A stretch of 64,000 nt of DNA from Bacteroidota bacterium. GTDB taxonomy: Bacteria; Bacteroidota; Bacteroidia; Bacteroidales; GWA2-32-17. Each line of letters begins with the position of its first letter. Within the stretch, counting starts at the first letter, position 1. The stretch spans positions 13,435 to 77,434 of the forward strand of contig JBBIRU010000026.1 in assembly GCA_037441645.1 (NCBI GenBank), written 5' to 3'. Under the pieces are notes generated by a model that worked only from the letters and a program-made list of their open reading frames with translations, had not been told where the DNA came from and made no database searches. Shown here in pieces: positions 1 through 12,000 of this stretch. The translations under genes were made by a program, and so were the position numbers.

Positions 1-231
1 ATTGATGATGTAAATCGCAAAACCCTTGTAGCTGCTTCTTCTTTATTAAAAGAAATGAACGGAAAAGAGGGAAATAAAACCCAGATTGCGGCTATGGTAG
101 GAAAACTTGTTGCCGAACGTGCAACCCAGGCCGGAATCAGTACTGTTATTTTTGATCGTAATGGCTACCTGTATCATGGCAGGGTTAAAGCATTGGCCGA
201 TGCAGCAAGAGAAGGTGGACTTAAATTTTAA
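1..231 (+). CDS. rplR: 50S ribosomal protein L18, 5'-truncated by window edge
   Basis: Frame 1 reads ...[27 protein letters not shown], the L18 C-terminus; directly upstream of rpsE. Confidence 0.95.
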   Translation: MDDVNRKTLVAASSLLKEMNGKEGNKTQIAAMVGKLVAERATQAGISTVIFDRNGYLYHGRVKALADAAREGGLKF

Positions 232-237
232 AAAATT

Positions 238-753
238 ATGGCATCAAGCATTAGAAAAGTAAAAACAACTGATCTCGAATTAAAAGACCGCCTGGTAGCA
301 ATAAACAGGGTTACTAAAGTAACAAAAGGGGGACGTCATTTTAGTTTTGCAGCTATTGTAGTTGTTGGAAATGAAAATGGAATCGTAGGGTACGGACTTG
401 GCAAGGCCAATGAAGTAACAACTGCTATTGCTAAAGGAGTGGAAGACGCAAAGAAAAACCTGATAAAAGTTCCCGTATTTAAAGGAACTATTCCTCACGA
501 ACAGATTTCAAAATTCGGTGGCGCCCAGGTATTTCTGAAACCAGCATCGGGTGGTACAGGTGTAAAGGCCGGTGGTGCTATGCGCGCTGTACTCGAAAGT
601 GTCGGGATAAAAGATGTACTTGCTAAATCCAAAGGAAGTTCAAATCCTCACAACCTGGTAAAAGCAACGATTACAGCATTACTCGAAATGCGTGATGCAT
701 ATACTGTGGCTCATCACAGAAATGTTTCCATGGATAAAGTATTTCACGGTTAA
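238..753 (+). CDS. rpsE: 30S ribosomal protein S5
   Basis: [10 protein letters not shown] and [10 protein letters not shown] motifs; spc operon order. Confidence 0.98.
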   Translation: MASSIRKVKTTDLELKDRLVAINRVTKVTKGGRHFSFAAIVVVGNENGIVGYGLGKANEVTTAIAKGVEDAKKNLIKVPVFKGTIPHEQISKFGGAQVFLKPASGGTGVKAGGAMRAVLESVGIKDVLAKSKGSSNPHNLVKATITALLEMRDAYTVAHHRNVSMDKVFHG

Positions 754-765
754 CAACAAAAGAAT

Positions 766-948
766 ATGGCAAAAGTTAAAATAACTCAGACAGGTAGCCG
801 TAGCGGTTGTACTGCACGTCAAAGAAGAACTTTCGATGCACTTGGATTAACCAAAATGCATCAGACTATTGAAGTTGAAGCAACACCCCAGATTATGGGC
901 ATGGTTCAGAAGTTGCATCATTTATTAAAATGTGAAGAAGTAAAATAA
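766..948 (+). CDS. rpmD: 50S ribosomal protein L30
   Basis: 60 aa basic protein between rpsE and rplO; ALGL...GMVQKLHHLL. Confidence 0.95.
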   Translation: MAKVKITQTGSRSGCTARQRRTFDALGLTKMHQTIEVEATPQIMGMVQKLHHLLKCEEVK

Positions 949-966
949 CGAATTATTATATACGTC

Positions 967-1416
967 ATGGATTTAAGTAATCTGAAGCCTGCTGCAGGAT
1001 CGATAAAAAAAGAAAAGAAACGTCTGGGTCGTGGACAAGGTTCCGGAAAAGGCGGAACATCTACACGCGGGCATAAAGGAGCCAAATCACGTTCGGGTTA
1101 TAGCCGTAAACGCGGATTTGAAGGAGGTCAGATGCCATTGCAGAGAACTTCTCCGAAATTTGGTTTTAAAAATATTAACAGAGTAGAATACAAGGCTATC
1201 AATCTAAAAGATATTCAGAGATTAGCTGATGAAAAGAAAATTTCAGCAATTAATCCCGACATACTTTATGAATTTGGTATGATTCCAAAAAACTGTCTTG
1301 TAAAAATACTTGGTGTTGGAACCCTTACAAGTAAAATTGAAGTAACTGCTCATGCCTTTAGCAGTGCAGCTGAAAAAGCAATAGTTGCTATCGAAGGAAC
1401 AGTTATTAAACTATAA
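967..1416 (+). CDS. rplO: 50S ribosomal protein L15
   Basis: [28 protein letters not shown]. Confidence 0.98.
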   Translation: MDLSNLKPAAGSIKKEKKRLGRGQGSGKGGTSTRGHKGAKSRSGYSRKRGFEGGQMPLQRTSPKFGFKNINRVEYKAINLKDIQRLADEKKISAINPDILYEFGMIPKNCLVKILGVGTLTSKIEVTAHAFSSAAEKAIVAIEGTVIKL

Positions 1417-1428
1417 GAAATACCCTTA

Positions 1429-2754
1429 ATGAAAAGATTTTTCGAAACAATTAAGAATATTTACAAGATTGAGGAACTCAGAAGCCGCATCTTTTATACA
1501 TTAGCAATATTGTTAGTATATAGATTGGGATCTTATGTTGCATTGCCTGGTATTGATCCTTCCATGCTCGAGAATCTTAGTAAACAAACATCCCAGGGAA
1601 TTTTAGGGTTATTGGATATGTTTTCCGGAGGTGCATTTTCACATGCGTCTATTTTCGCATTAGGTATTATGCCTTACATTTCAGCTTCCATCGTTGTACA
1701 GCTACTGGGTATCGCTATACCTTATTTTCAGAGACTACAACGTGAAGGAGAAAGCGGAAGAAAGAAAATTAATCAGATCACACGCTATTTAACGGTAATT
1801 ATTCTTTTCTTGCAGGCTCCCAGTTATTTAACTAACCTTCATGCACAACTTCCTCCCGAAGCATTTGTATTGTCCGGTAAATTCTTTACCATTTCATCAA
1901 TGCTTATTCTTACCGCAGGTACTATTTTCGTAATGTGGCTTGGAGAAAAAATAACGGATAAAGGTATAGGAAACGGTATTTCATTGATTATTATGATTGG
2001 TATTATAGCCCGTTTACCGTTTGCTTTTGGTGCTGAATTTGCTTCCAGATTAGAAGGTGGTGGCGGATTGGTTTTAGTACTTGTAGAAATGTTATTATTA
2101 TTAATAGTCATTGCAGGTAGTATACTTTTAGTTCAGGGAACAAGAAGAATTCCGGTTCAATATGCAAAGCGTATTGTTGGAAATAAACAATATGGTGGTG
2201 TTCGCCAGTATATTCCTTTAAAAGTAAATGCATCCGGTGTTATGCCCATCATTTTTGCACAGGCATTAATGTTTATTCCTACTATTATCGCCGGCTTTTC
2301 CGATTCAGGAATCTTGGCATCTTTTTCAAGATATACCAGTTTCTGGTATAACTTTATTTTCGGATTATTAATCATTTTGTTTACATATTTCTACACAGCT
2401 ATTATTATGAACCCGGTTCAGATGGCTGATGATATGAAGAAAAACGGAGGTTTTATTCCCGGAATCAAACCCGGTAAAAAAACATCTGAATTTATAGATT
2501 CAATAATGTCCAGAATAACCTTACCAGGTTCTATATTTCTTGCAATTATAGCAATTATGCCTGCATTTGCCGGATTGTTGGGAGTGAATAACCAGTTCGC
2601 CCAGTTTTTTGGAGGAACTTCACTTTTGATTCTGGTAGGTGTTGTTTTAGATACTTTACAGCAGATAGAAAGTCACCTTTTGATGAGACATTACGATGGT
2701 CTGATGAAATCAGGCCGTATTAAAGGTCGTGCATCAGGAGTTGCCGCTATGTAA
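1429..2754 (+). CDS. secY: Preprotein translocase subunit SecY
   Basis: SIFALGIMPYISASI, GIGNGISLII, FGGTSLLI; ~10 TM segments. Confidence 0.98.
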   Translation: MKRFFETIKNIYKIEELRSRIFYTLAILLVYRLGSYVALPGIDPSMLENLSKQTSQGILGLLDMFSGGAFSHASIFALGIMPYISASIVVQLLGIAIPYFQRLQREGESGRKKINQITRYLTVIILFLQAPSYLTNLHAQLPPEAFVLSGKFFTISSMLILTAGTIFVMWLGEKITDKGIGNGISLIIMIGIIARLPFAFGAEFASRLEGGGGLVLVLVEMLLLLIVIAGSILLVQGTRRIPVQYAKRIVGNKQYGGVRQYIPLKVNASGVMPIIFAQALMFIPTIIAGFSDSGILASFSRYTSFWYNFIFGLLIILFTYFYTAIIMNPVQMADDMKKNGGFIPGIKPGKKTSEFIDSIMSRITLPGSIFLAIIAIMPAFAGLLGVNNQFAQFFGGTSLLILVGVVLDTLQQIESHLLMRHYDGLMKSGRIKGRASGVAAM

Positions 2755-2772
2755 AGTAATAAACGTTCTTTG

Positions 2773-3540
2773 ATGGTCTTTTATAAAACTGACGAAGAGA
2801 TTGAGCTGATAAAGCAGAGTTGTTCTTTGTTGTCAAAAACCCTTGGGTATATAAAATCATTTATAAATCCGGGTATAAAAACAACGCTGATCGACAGAAA
2901 AGCAGAAGAGTTTATTTGCGATCATGGTGCAAAACCTTCATTTAAAGGGTATCATGGTTTTCCAAATACACTTTGTATTTCAGTGAACGATAGAGTAGTT
3001 CATGGAATACCTTCTGAATATGAACTCCTGAATGGTGATATTGTTTCGGTTGATTGCGGTGTTTTTCTGAACGGGTATCATGGCGATTCTGCTTATACTT
3101 TTGAAGTCGGAGAAATTGATAACGATAAAAAGTTTCTCTTAAAAACGACAAAAGAATGCCTCGAAACCGGTATTGCTGAAGCAGTCATTGGTAACAGAAT
3201 AGGCGATATAAGTTACGCGATTCAGAACCATGCAGAAAAAAATGGTTTTTCAGTGGTCCGTGAGCTTGTTGGACATGGAATTGGGCGACAATTACATGAA
3301 GAACCACAGGTTCCTAACTTTGGTAAGAAAGGAAAAGGAACTATCATTCGTCAGGGATTGGTTATAGCAATTGAACCCATGATAAACATGGGGAAAAAAG
3401 AAGTAAAGCAATGGGCAGATGGCTGGACGATTTCAACCAGAGACGGAAAACCTTCAGCACACTTCGAACACACAGTTGCAGTAATAAATGGAAAGGCCGA
3501 AAAGTTAACCACTTTTGATTATATCGAAAGTAAAATTTAA
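2773..3540 (+). CDS. map: Type I methionine aminopeptidase
   Basis: VVHGIP, DSAYT, GHGIG..LHEEP, SAHFEHT metal ligands; ATG at 2773 (TTG at 2770 possible). Confidence 0.97.
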   Translation: MVFYKTDEEIELIKQSCSLLSKTLGYIKSFINPGIKTTLIDRKAEEFICDHGAKPSFKGYHGFPNTLCISVNDRVVHGIPSEYELLNGDIVSVDCGVFLNGYHGDSAYTFEVGEIDNDKKFLLKTTKECLETGIAEAVIGNRIGDISYAIQNHAEKNGFSVVRELVGHGIGRQLHEEPQVPNFGKKGKGTIIRQGLVIAIEPMINMGKKEVKQWADGWTISTRDGKPSAHFEHTVAVINGKAEKLTTFDYIESKI

Positions 3541-3560
3541 AAAAAGAGTAAAAAAGATAT

Positions 3561-3779
3561 ATGGCGAAACAGCCTTCAATAGAGCAAGATGGTACGATAA
3601 TCGAAGCATTGTCAAACGCAATGTTCCGTGTTCAGTTAGAGAACGGCCATGTCATTACCGCTCATATTTCAGGGAAAATGAGGATGCATTACATCAAGAT
3701 TCTTCCCGGAGATAAAGTAAGAGTTGAAATGTCGCCTTATGATCTTACAAAAGGAAGAATAAGTTTTCGATACAAATAA
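3561..3779 (+). CDS. infA: Translation initiation factor IF-1
   Basis: [30 protein letters not shown]. Confidence 0.98.
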   Translation: MAKQPSIEQDGTIIEALSNAMFRVQLENGHVITAHISGKMRMHYIKILPGDKVRVEMSPYDLTKGRISFRYK

Positions 3780-3796
3780 TTGAAATACTGAATAAA

Positions 3797-3913
3797 ATGA
3801 AAGTCAGAACATCTGTAAAAAAACGTAGCCCCGAATGCAAAATAGTTCGCAGAAAAGGCAGGCTATATGTAATTAACAAAAAAAACCCAAAGTTTAAACA
3901 ACGTCAGGGATAA
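3797..3913 (+). CDS. rpmJ: 50S ribosomal protein L36 (not in supplied ORF track)
   Basis: Manual translation [38 protein letters not shown], 38 aa, between infA and rpsM. Confidence 0.96.
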   Translation: MKVRTSVKKRSPECKIVRRKGRLYVINKKNPKFKQRQG

Positions 3914-3956
3914 TTACTTAACTTTGTAATCTTTTTTAAAAAATTAAAATAACAAT

Positions 3957-4334
3957 ATGGCACGTATCGCAGGAGTTGATATACCGGATAAAAAAAGAGG
4001 CGAAATAGCGTTGACCTATATCTACGGAATAGGCCGCAGCACCGCAAATAAAATTCTATCCAAAGCCGGTATCGACAAAAATATTGATGTTGAAAAGTGG
4101 AACGATGATCAGGTTTCCAAAATCAGAAGTATTATTTCTGATAACTTCAAAATTGAAGGTGAACTCAGGTCAGAAACACAAATGAACATTAAACGCTTGA
4201 TGGATATTGGATGTTATCGTGGAATCCGTCACAGGGGAGGTTTACCGGTAAGAGGTCAGCGTACACGAACCAATGCCCGTACCCGTCGTGGAAAGAAAAA
4301 GACAGTTGCAAATAAAAAGAAAGCCACTAAATAA
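3957..4334 (+). CDS. rpsM: 30S ribosomal protein S13
   Basis: [34 protein letters not shown]. Confidence 0.98.
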   Translation: MARIAGVDIPDKKRGEIALTYIYGIGRSTANKILSKAGIDKNIDVEKWNDDQVSKIRSIISDNFKIEGELRSETQMNIKRLMDIGCYRGIRHRGGLPVRGQRTRTNARTRRGKKKTVANKKKATK

Positions 4335-4343
4335 GAATTGATT

Positions 4344-4736
4344 ATGGCAAAGAAGACAACAAAGGTCACTCGTAAAAAAACAGTAAAAGTTGAGGCTATA
4401 GGCCAGGCTCATGTTCACTCATCATTTAATAATATTATTATTACTTTAACCAATGGTGAAGGGCAGGTAATTTCATGGTCATCTGCCGGAAGAAAAGGAT
4501 TCAGAGGTTCTAAAAAGAATACTCCTTATGCTGCACAGGTAGCTGCCGCTGATTGTGCTAAAACAGCATTCGATATGGGCTTAAGAAAAGTAAAAGCCTA
4601 TGTAAAAGGACCCGGTGCAGGTCGCGAATCTGCTATTCGTTCCATTTCAGCCAGCGGTATTGAGGTAACCGAAATTATTGACGTAACACCGTTACCGCAC
4701 AATGGTTGCAGGCCTCCAAAAAGAAGAAGAGTATAA
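4344..4736 (+). CDS. rpsK: 30S ribosomal protein S11
   Basis: [35 protein letters not shown]; ATG at 4344. Confidence 0.98.
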   Translation: MAKKTTKVTRKKTVKVEAIGQAHVHSSFNNIIITLTNGEGQVISWSSAGRKGFRGSKKNTPYAAQVAAADCAKTAFDMGLRKVKAYVKGPGAGRESAIRSISASGIEVTEIIDVTPLPHNGCRPPKRRRV

Positions 4737-4744
4737 TAAATAGA

Positions 4745-4780
4745 ATCTTAAATCTAAAATCCTAAATCTAAAATATTAAA
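4745..4780. repeat. Five degenerate 7-bp repeats (ATCTAAA-like) between rpsK and rpsD
   Basis: atcttaa atctaaa atcctaa atctaaa atattaa. Confidence 0.7.
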
Positions 4781-5386
4781 ATGGCAAGATACAGAGGACC
4801 AAAGACCCGTATTGCAAGAAAATTTGGAGAACCCATTTTCGGACCTGATAAAGTTTTTGACAGAAAAAATTACCTGCCTGGGATGCACGGTGTTAATAAA
4901 CGACGTAAAACTTCAGAATACGGTGCCCAGTTAAAAGAAAAACAAAAAGCGAAATATACTTATGGAGTACTGGAAAGACAATTCCGTAAATATTTCGAAC
5001 GTGCACAGCGTAAAAAAGGGATTACCGGTGAAATATTATTACAGTTACTCGAATGTCGTCTCGATAACTTGGTATTCAGAATGGGTATTGCTCCTACCCG
5101 CGATGCTGCCCGTCAGTTGGTTTCACACAGACATATAACAGTAAACAACAAAGTTACCAGTATTCCTTCGTTTCATGTTTCGGCTGGAGATATTGTTTCA
5201 GTTCGTGAAAAATCAAAAACTCTGGAAGTAATATCAAATTCAGTGGCTAACGACAGAGCAAAAAAATATCCATGGATCGAATGGGATTATTCATCTTTAA
5301 CCGGAAAATTGGTTACTGTTCCCGAACGTTCAGATATTCCTGAAAACATTAAAGAACAATCAATCGTTGAGTTGTATTCTAAATAA
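4781..5386 (+). CDS. rpsD: 30S ribosomal protein S4
   Basis: [29 protein letters not shown]. Confidence 0.98.
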   Translation: MARYRGPKTRIARKFGEPIFGPDKVFDRKNYLPGMHGVNKRRKTSEYGAQLKEKQKAKYTYGVLERQFRKYFERAQRKKGITGEILLQLLECRLDNLVFRMGIAPTRDAARQLVSHRHITVNNKVTSIPSFHVSAGDIVSVREKSKTLEVISNSVANDRAKKYPWIEWDYSSLTGKLVTVPERSDIPENIKEQSIVELYSK

Positions 5387-5406
5387 AAACAAGTAAGAAA
5401 TAATAT

Positions 5407-6399
5407 ATGGCAATTTTAGCTTTTCAAAAACCCGATAAGGTTGTAATGCTCGAGTCAACCGACACGCACGGAAAATTTGAATTCCGTCCGTTGGAACCCG
5501 GATATGGCCTTACAGTAGGAAATGCACTTCGAAGAGTACTCTTATCATCACTCGAAGGCTTTGCAATTAACTGTGTTAAGATTGAAGGTGTTGAGCATGA
5601 ATTTTCGACTATTAAAGGAGTTGTTGAAGACGTTACCGAAATCATTCTTAATTTAAAACAGGTTCGTTTTAAACGTCAACTTGATGAAATTGATAACGAA
5701 ACAGTTAATGTTACAATTAGTGGCCAGGATAGCTTTAAAGCAGGAGATATCAGCAAATTTCTGACCGGCTTTAAAATCTTAAACCCTGACCTCGAAATTT
5801 GTCACATGGAGTCAAATGTAAAATTACATATGACACTCTATGTAAATAAAGGAAGAGGTTATGTTCCGGCCGAAGAAAATAAAATCAGTGAAATGGAAAT
5901 CGGATTAATTCCGGTAAGTTCCATTTATACTCCCATTAAAAATGTTAAATACGCAATAGAAAATATTCGCGTTGAACAAAAAACCGACTTCGAGAAACTG
6001 ATTCTCGAAATCGTTACCGACGGTAGTATTGCACCTACAGACGCATTAAAAGAAGCAGCTAAAATTCTGATATATCACTTTATGTTGTTCTCCGACGAAA
6101 AGATTACCATTGATTCGGAAGAGAAACAGGAAAATGAAGAGTTTGACGAAGAAGTACTTCATATGCGCCAGCTTCTTAAAACCAAACTTATTGATATGGA
6201 CCTTTCGGTTCGCGCACTTAATTGCTTAAAAGCAGCCGATGTTGAAACATTAGCCGACCTGGTAATATTTAACAGAAGCGACCTTTTGAAGTTCCGCAAT
6301 TTTGGTAAAAAATCCCTGACCGAGCTTGACGAATTATTGAACAACATGAGCCTGAGCTTTGGCATGGAAATTTCAAAATACAAATTAGACAAAGATTAG
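5407..6399 (+). CDS. rpoA: RNA polymerase alpha subunit
   Basis: [38 protein letters not shown]. Confidence 0.98.
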   Translation: MAILAFQKPDKVVMLESTDTHGKFEFRPLEPGYGLTVGNALRRVLLSSLEGFAINCVKIEGVEHEFSTIKGVVEDVTEIILNLKQVRFKRQLDEIDNETVNVTISGQDSFKAGDISKFLTGFKILNPDLEICHMESNVKLHMTLYVNKGRGYVPAEENKISEMEIGLIPVSSIYTPIKNVKYAIENIRVEQKTDFEKLILEIVTDGSIAPTDALKEAAKILIYHFMLFSDEKITIDSEEKQENEEFDEEVLHMRQLLKTKLIDMDLSVRALNCLKAADVETLADLVIFNRSDLLKFRNFGKKSLTELDELLNNMSLSFGMEISKYKLDKD

Positions 6400-6403
6400 T
6401 ACA

Positions 6404-6940
6404 ATGAGACACAGGAAAAAAATTAATCACTTAGGAAGAAAAAGTCCACACCGCAAGGCAATGTTATCAAATATGGCAACCTCTCTTATTATGAATAAGG
6501 GAATAGTTACTACTGTTGCTAAGGCCAAAGCGTTAAAAGTATATGTTGAGCCCCTTATTACAAAATCAAAAGAAGATTCAACCCATAATCGTCGTTTGGT
6601 TTTTAGTGAGTTAAGCGATAAAAAAGCAGTTGCTGAATTATTCAGGGAAGTAGCAGTTAAAGTAGCCCAGCGTCCCGGTGGATATACACGTATTTTACGT
6701 ATCGGGAACCGTGCCGGCGACAATGCCGAATTATGCAGGTTAGAATTGGTTGATTATAATGAAAATATGATTTCAACGACCAACGCTGGTGCAAAAGCTA
6801 AAACAACCAGAACCCGTCGCGGAGGTAAGAAAAGCGAAACAGAAACAGTGGCCTCAAAGCCAAAAGCAGTTAAGACTCCAAAAGCAAAAAAAGAAGAACC
6901 TAAAGCCGAAGATCAGTCTTCAGAAAAGGCAGCTGAATAA
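6404..6940 (+). CDS. rplQ: 50S ribosomal protein L17 with K/A/E-rich tail
   Basis: [20 protein letters not shown]. Confidence 0.98.
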   Translation: MRHRKKINHLGRKSPHRKAMLSNMATSLIMNKGIVTTVAKAKALKVYVEPLITKSKEDSTHNRRLVFSELSDKKAVAELFREVAVKVAQRPGGYTRILRIGNRAGDNAELCRLELVDYNENMISTTNAGAKAKTTRTRRGGKKSETETVASKPKAVKTPKAKKEEPKAEDQSSEKAAE

Positions 6941-6957
6941 CTCTCTGAAAAGAACAT

Positions 6958-7001
6958 AAATAAAATGGGACAAGTAAAACTTTAGTCCCATTTTTTATTT
7001 T
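6958..7001 (+). terminator. Intrinsic terminator of the alpha operon
   Basis: aaaatgggac-N13-gtcccatttt hairpin followed by T-rich tract. Confidence 0.8.
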
Positions 7002-7090
7002 GTATTCATTCTTGGAACTTATACCTTTATGCAGATGTCTTTTTTGCATTTCTCGTTGTAAATTTATTTTTACTTTCTTTAATATTTGTT

Positions 7091-8956
7091 ATGATATATA
7101 ATGGCTTATCTGATTTTATAAAAGTTCTTGAATCTAACAATGAATTAATAAGGATTAAGGAATTTGTTAATCCTGAGTTTGAGATTGCCGAAATTACCGA
7201 CCGGATATCAAAAAGTAAAAATCAGAATAAAGCCTTGTTATTCGAAAATACCGGAACCTCATACCCTTTGCTGATTAATGCTTATGGGAATGAGAAAAGA
7301 ATGGGCCTTGCACTACACTCAGAACATATTTCATCTGTTGAGAATGAGATTAATATTACTATAGAAAAATTTTTAAAACCACCCTCGTCATTAAAAGATA
7401 AAATTTCGATATTATCATTACTTCGAAAATTATCATCCAGCTTTCCTTCAATTTCCGGCAAAAAAGCGCCCTGCCAGGAGATTGTTATGAAAGATCCGGA
7501 CCTGTCGAAGTTACCCGTGTTAACATGCTGGCCTCATGATGGCGGAGCATTTATAACTCTTCCTGTTGTAAATACAAAAGATCCGGTAACCGGAGTTAGA
7601 AACGCTGGTATGTACCGCATGCAGGTAAAAGGAAAGAAAGAAACCGGGATGCACTGGCATTTACATAAAACAGGCGCCCGTCATTTTGATGAATACCTGA
7701 AACAAAAAAAGAAAATCCCGGTAGCTGTAATATTGGGAGGCGATCCGGTGTATGCCTATTGCGCATCGGCCCCCTTGCCCGATGGGATTGATGAATATAT
7801 TCTGGCAGGGTTTCTCAGGAAAAAGAAAGTTACCCTGGTAAAATGTTTGACCCAGGATATTGAGGTTCCTTCGGATGCAGATTTTGTAATAGAAGGTTAT
7901 GTAGATCCTTCGGAGCCATTGCAAACCGAAGGGCCCTTTGGCGATCATACCGGTTTTTATTCCCTGCCCGATAAATACCCGCTGTTTCATGTGACCTGTA
8001 TTACACACAGGAGAAATGCAATTTACCCGGCAACCATCGTAGGCATTCCACCTCAGGAAGATTACTGGCTGATAAAAGCATCTGAAAGAATATTTTTACC
8101 ATTAATGCAAAAGGCAGGCTTACCGGAGGTAATTAATATAAATATGCCCGATTTTGGCGTAGCTCATAATTTAGTGATAGTTCAGATAAAGAATCAATAT
8201 CCCGGTCAGGCTCATAAAGTAGCCCATGCATTATGGGGAATGGGACAAATGATGCTGAATAAAGTGCTCGTTATTACAGATATTGATCCGTTTAATCTTC
8301 AGGCAATATGGGATCGAATGTTGAAATCGGATGTAACGAAGAATTTTCTTTTTTCGACAGGACCTATGGATGCGCTCGAGCATTCAACCGATATTTTTGC
8401 TTTTGGCGGAAAACTTGCCATTGATATAACTTTATCTGTTGAAAATCCTGGAGAAGAAGTCAAGATAGCTGACATAAATAATGTTACTGATTTGTTGAAG
8501 GAGTGTCCGGGCATCGTTCACTTGAACCGGTCTCTTTTGGGAAAGGGAATTTGGTTAATTACCGCTAAAGAAAACCCATTGGAAAAAATTACAGGCTATC
8601 TTAACAAATTGTCGGATATTTCAATTTTACCGCGATTTGTTGTTTTTTGCGATCAGGGATTGGATATTTATAACAGTAATCTTGTTTTATGGAGTATATT
8701 AGCTAACACCGATCCGGTAAGAGATATAAAAAAGATAAAGGCCGGAAATGTAACCGTTTTACTAATCAATGGAATGTCAAAACCTTCCGGAAATAAATCC
8801 TGGCCTAACCCGGTTTATTCTTCAAAAAATACCATCGAAAAAATTAATTCTGTCTGGAGTTCAATTGGCTTTGAAGCATTTGAAGAATCACCTTCGCAAG
8901 TAATTCATAATATGATTGTAAATGATGGTTTTGAGAGAAGGATTCATGAAAACTAA
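7091..8956 (+). CDS. UbiD-family prFMN-dependent decarboxylase, likely the menaquinone (futalosine route) type
   Basis: RNAGMYRMQ, EGPFGDHTGFY, TIVGIPPQED motifs; 621 aa with extended C-terminus. Confidence 0.85.
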   Translation: MIYNGLSDFIKVLESNNELIRIKEFVNPEFEIAEITDRISKSKNQNKALLFENTGTSYPLLINAYGNEKRMGLALHSEHISSVENEINITIEKFLKPPSSLKDKISILSLLRKLSSSFPSISGKKAPCQEIVMKDPDLSKLPVLTCWPHDGGAFITLPVVNTKDPVTGVRNAGMYRMQVKGKKETGMHWHLHKTGARHFDEYLKQKKKIPVAVILGGDPVYAYCASAPLPDGIDEYILAGFLRKKKVTLVKCLTQDIEVPSDADFVIEGYVDPSEPLQTEGPFGDHTGFYSLPDKYPLFHVTCITHRRNAIYPATIVGIPPQEDYWLIKASERIFLPLMQKAGLPEVININMPDFGVAHNLVIVQIKNQYPGQAHKVAHALWGMGQMMLNKVLVITDIDPFNLQAIWDRMLKSDVTKNFLFSTGPMDALEHSTDIFAFGGKLAIDITLSVENPGEEVKIADINNVTDLLKECPGIVHLNRSLLGKGIWLITAKENPLEKITGYLNKLSDISILPRFVVFCDQGLDIYNSNLVLWSILANTDPVRDIKKIKAGNVTVLLINGMSKPSGNKSWPNPVYSSKNTIEKINSVWSSIGFEAFEESPSQVIHNMIVNDGFERRIHEN

Positions 8957-9032
8957 AAAAACTTTACGAAAAATAATTAATATGTGTGCTAAAACCTAAA
9001 GAAATATTAATTTAGCATGAGTAGTAATACCG

Positions 9033-12000
9033 ATGAAACAACACTGTTTGCGACATATCTTTTTTCTTTCAATACTGTTTTTAATCAGTGAATTAAATGT
9101 TGCCCAGATAAACGAAGCTATTTTTGAACATTTCACTGTAAACGAAGGTTTATCTCAAAGTACGGTTAATTGCATAAAACAGGACAAGCGTGGTTTTTTA
9201 TGGATTGGAACCCAGGATGGATTAAATAAATATGATGGTTATCATTTTAAATATTATCAACATAACCCTCTTGATACGAACTCAATTTCAAGTAACTGGA
9301 TTTACTCTATTGACGATGATGACTCCGGTATTATTTGGATTGGAACACAAAAAGGATTAAATAAACTAAACCGGGCTACCGAAAAGATAACACGTTTTTT
9401 ACATAACCCAAAAGATCCCGGTTCGATCTGTGATAATGAGGTGTTTGGTGTTTTAGTCGACAAAGCTGGAGATGTATGGGTAAAAACGAGTACTGCTTTA
9501 AGCAGACTGGATACGTTAACTGGTAAGTTTACCCGGTTCGAACACGATGTGGATTATTTTGATATCCGGGGAAATAACATTGGATTTCCTATGCTCGAAG
9601 ATGAAGATGGAATATGGGTTGGGTCCTCCAATGGATTATACTTTTTTAATAAAAAACTTGAACAGTTTAAAACATACCAACACGATCCGGAAGATGTTAA
9701 TTCTTTGAGTAATGACTTTGTTACGGGACTTATAATTGATAAAAACGGGTATTTGTGGATTTCTACAAAATACGGACTAAACAGATTCAATAAAAAAAAC
9801 AAAAAATTTGACCACTTCTTTCACGATTTTACAGAAACAGGAGGTATATCTGAAAATTCTATTAATTCGATTTATTATGGACACGATGGTTACATCTGGA
9901 TATCAACTGATGGAGGAGGTTTAAATAAGTTTAATACAGCTACAGGCAAGGTAGAAGTATTCCGTAATCAAGATAACAATAATGTAAGTTTAAGTTACGA
10001 TTTAATAACTTGTGTTATTGAAGATAATTCTTACAATTTATGGATTGGAACTGATGGTACCGGCCTAGACAAACTGGATTTAAAACCTAAAAAATTCGAT
10101 CTTTATAGAAATTCGCACGGTTCAAATTCGTTGAAGCTATCCGAGAATGTAATAGGATCGCTTTATCTGCCCGATGATGAAACTATATGGATTGGAACCT
10201 GGGATAAGGGCCTGGATATTTTAAACAGAAGTTCAGGCTTTGTTAAGAACTATTCAACTAACTCTCCTGAAGGAGAGAAAATCGTTGGAGATAACGTGCA
10301 CGTTATTATGAAAGACAGCCGTGGATTAATATGGCTGGGAACTAAAAACGGAATTTCAGTTTATGATAAAAAGACAGGAAGGTTTTCCGACCTGAAAAAA
10401 TATTTTAATTTTCAGCAATATCCTAATCTTACCGACAACCGTATTTATGCAATGCTTGAAGATTATAAGGGGAATGTTTGGGTTGGAACCCTGAATGGCT
10501 TGCATTTGTTCAATATGAGTAATTTAACTGTTACCCCTTATCGAAGCAGTACATTAGATACATTGAGCTTATTTGATAATCACATAGTTTCACTTATTTG
10601 CGATGAGGATGGTTATATATGGATTGGAACCAAAGCAGGATTAAACCGGTTTGATTATAAATCTAATAAGTTCTTTAGAATAGGTGCTTCCAGAAATAAT
10701 AGTATATCCAAAACAAATAATAAATATTATCAGATAAGCAATTCTTATATATATGAACTATTGGAAGATACTATTGACGGCTCTATTTGGATTGGTACCG
10801 GGAGCGGCTTAAATAAATATGATAAAAATACCGGAACATTTCAGTATTTTACTGAAAAAGATGGTTTACCAAATGAGACTGTTTATGAAATCAAACAGGA
10901 TAAAAGAGGAAATTTATGGATGAGTACTAACCGTGGTTTGGCAATGCTCGATAGAAAGACGCTGAAAATAAGAGCATTTGACAGGGCAGATGGATTGCAG
11001 GGGTTGGAATTTAATAACGGTGCATCATTTAAAACCGATGGTGGGGAAATATTTTTTGGAGGCACCAACGGTTTTAACAGTTTCTATCCCGAAATTATGC
11101 ATGACAACCCGTTTATTCCGGATGTCGTATTTACTACGTTTGAAATGATCTCATCCGGAAAAAAAGAAGTAATTAACCTTGAAAACAAAAAAGAAATTGT
11201 TTTAGAATATAGCGACCATTCTTTGACTTTTAATTTTGCTGCCCTAGAATTTACCAAGTCCGAAAAGAATAACTATATGTACCTAATGGAAGGGCTTAAT
11301 AATACCTGGGTATATCTGGGTAATCGCAATTTTCAGGATTTTGGAACATTAGCACCCGGAGAATATACATTAAAAGTGAAAGGAAGTAACAATGATCTGA
11401 TATGGAATAATAATGAAATCTCAATAAAAATTATTGTATTGCCACCTATTTGGAAAACCCCATGGGCCTATGGATTGTATATATTTATTGTCCTGTCAAT
11501 CATTTATTTATATGTTCGTAACAGAACCAGTAAATTACAGCAGGCCAATGATGCGCTTCGAACAAAGCAATTGGCAGCCCTTGAAATTGCCAAACAAAGA
11601 GAAGAACTTGCCGTTAAAAACAAAAATATAACAGATAGTATTAATTATGCCAAGCGAATTCAGGAGGCAATGCTTCCTTCTGAATATCTTTTCCGTAAAC
11701 TTTTACCCGATTCATTTATCTTTTATAACCCTAAAGATATTGTTAGCGGCGACTTCTATTGGGTGACTGAAAAAGAAAGTAAAATATTTATTGCTGCCGT
11801 GGATTGCACTGGGCACGGTGTTCCTGGAGCTTTTATGAGTATTATCGGATTTGATCTTCTGCGAAATATTACAAAAGAACAAGGTGTAGAAAATCCATCA
11901 CAGATTCTGAACCTGTTAAACCTGGGAATCAGTGAAACGTTTAGTAAACATGCCAATGAGACAGCTGTAAAAGACGGTATGGATGTTTCATTACTTATTA

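Noticed and set aside
3797-3913. L36 lacking the zinc-ribbon ligands
   Set aside because: Cys-poor L36 in this operon is ordinary for Bacteroidota
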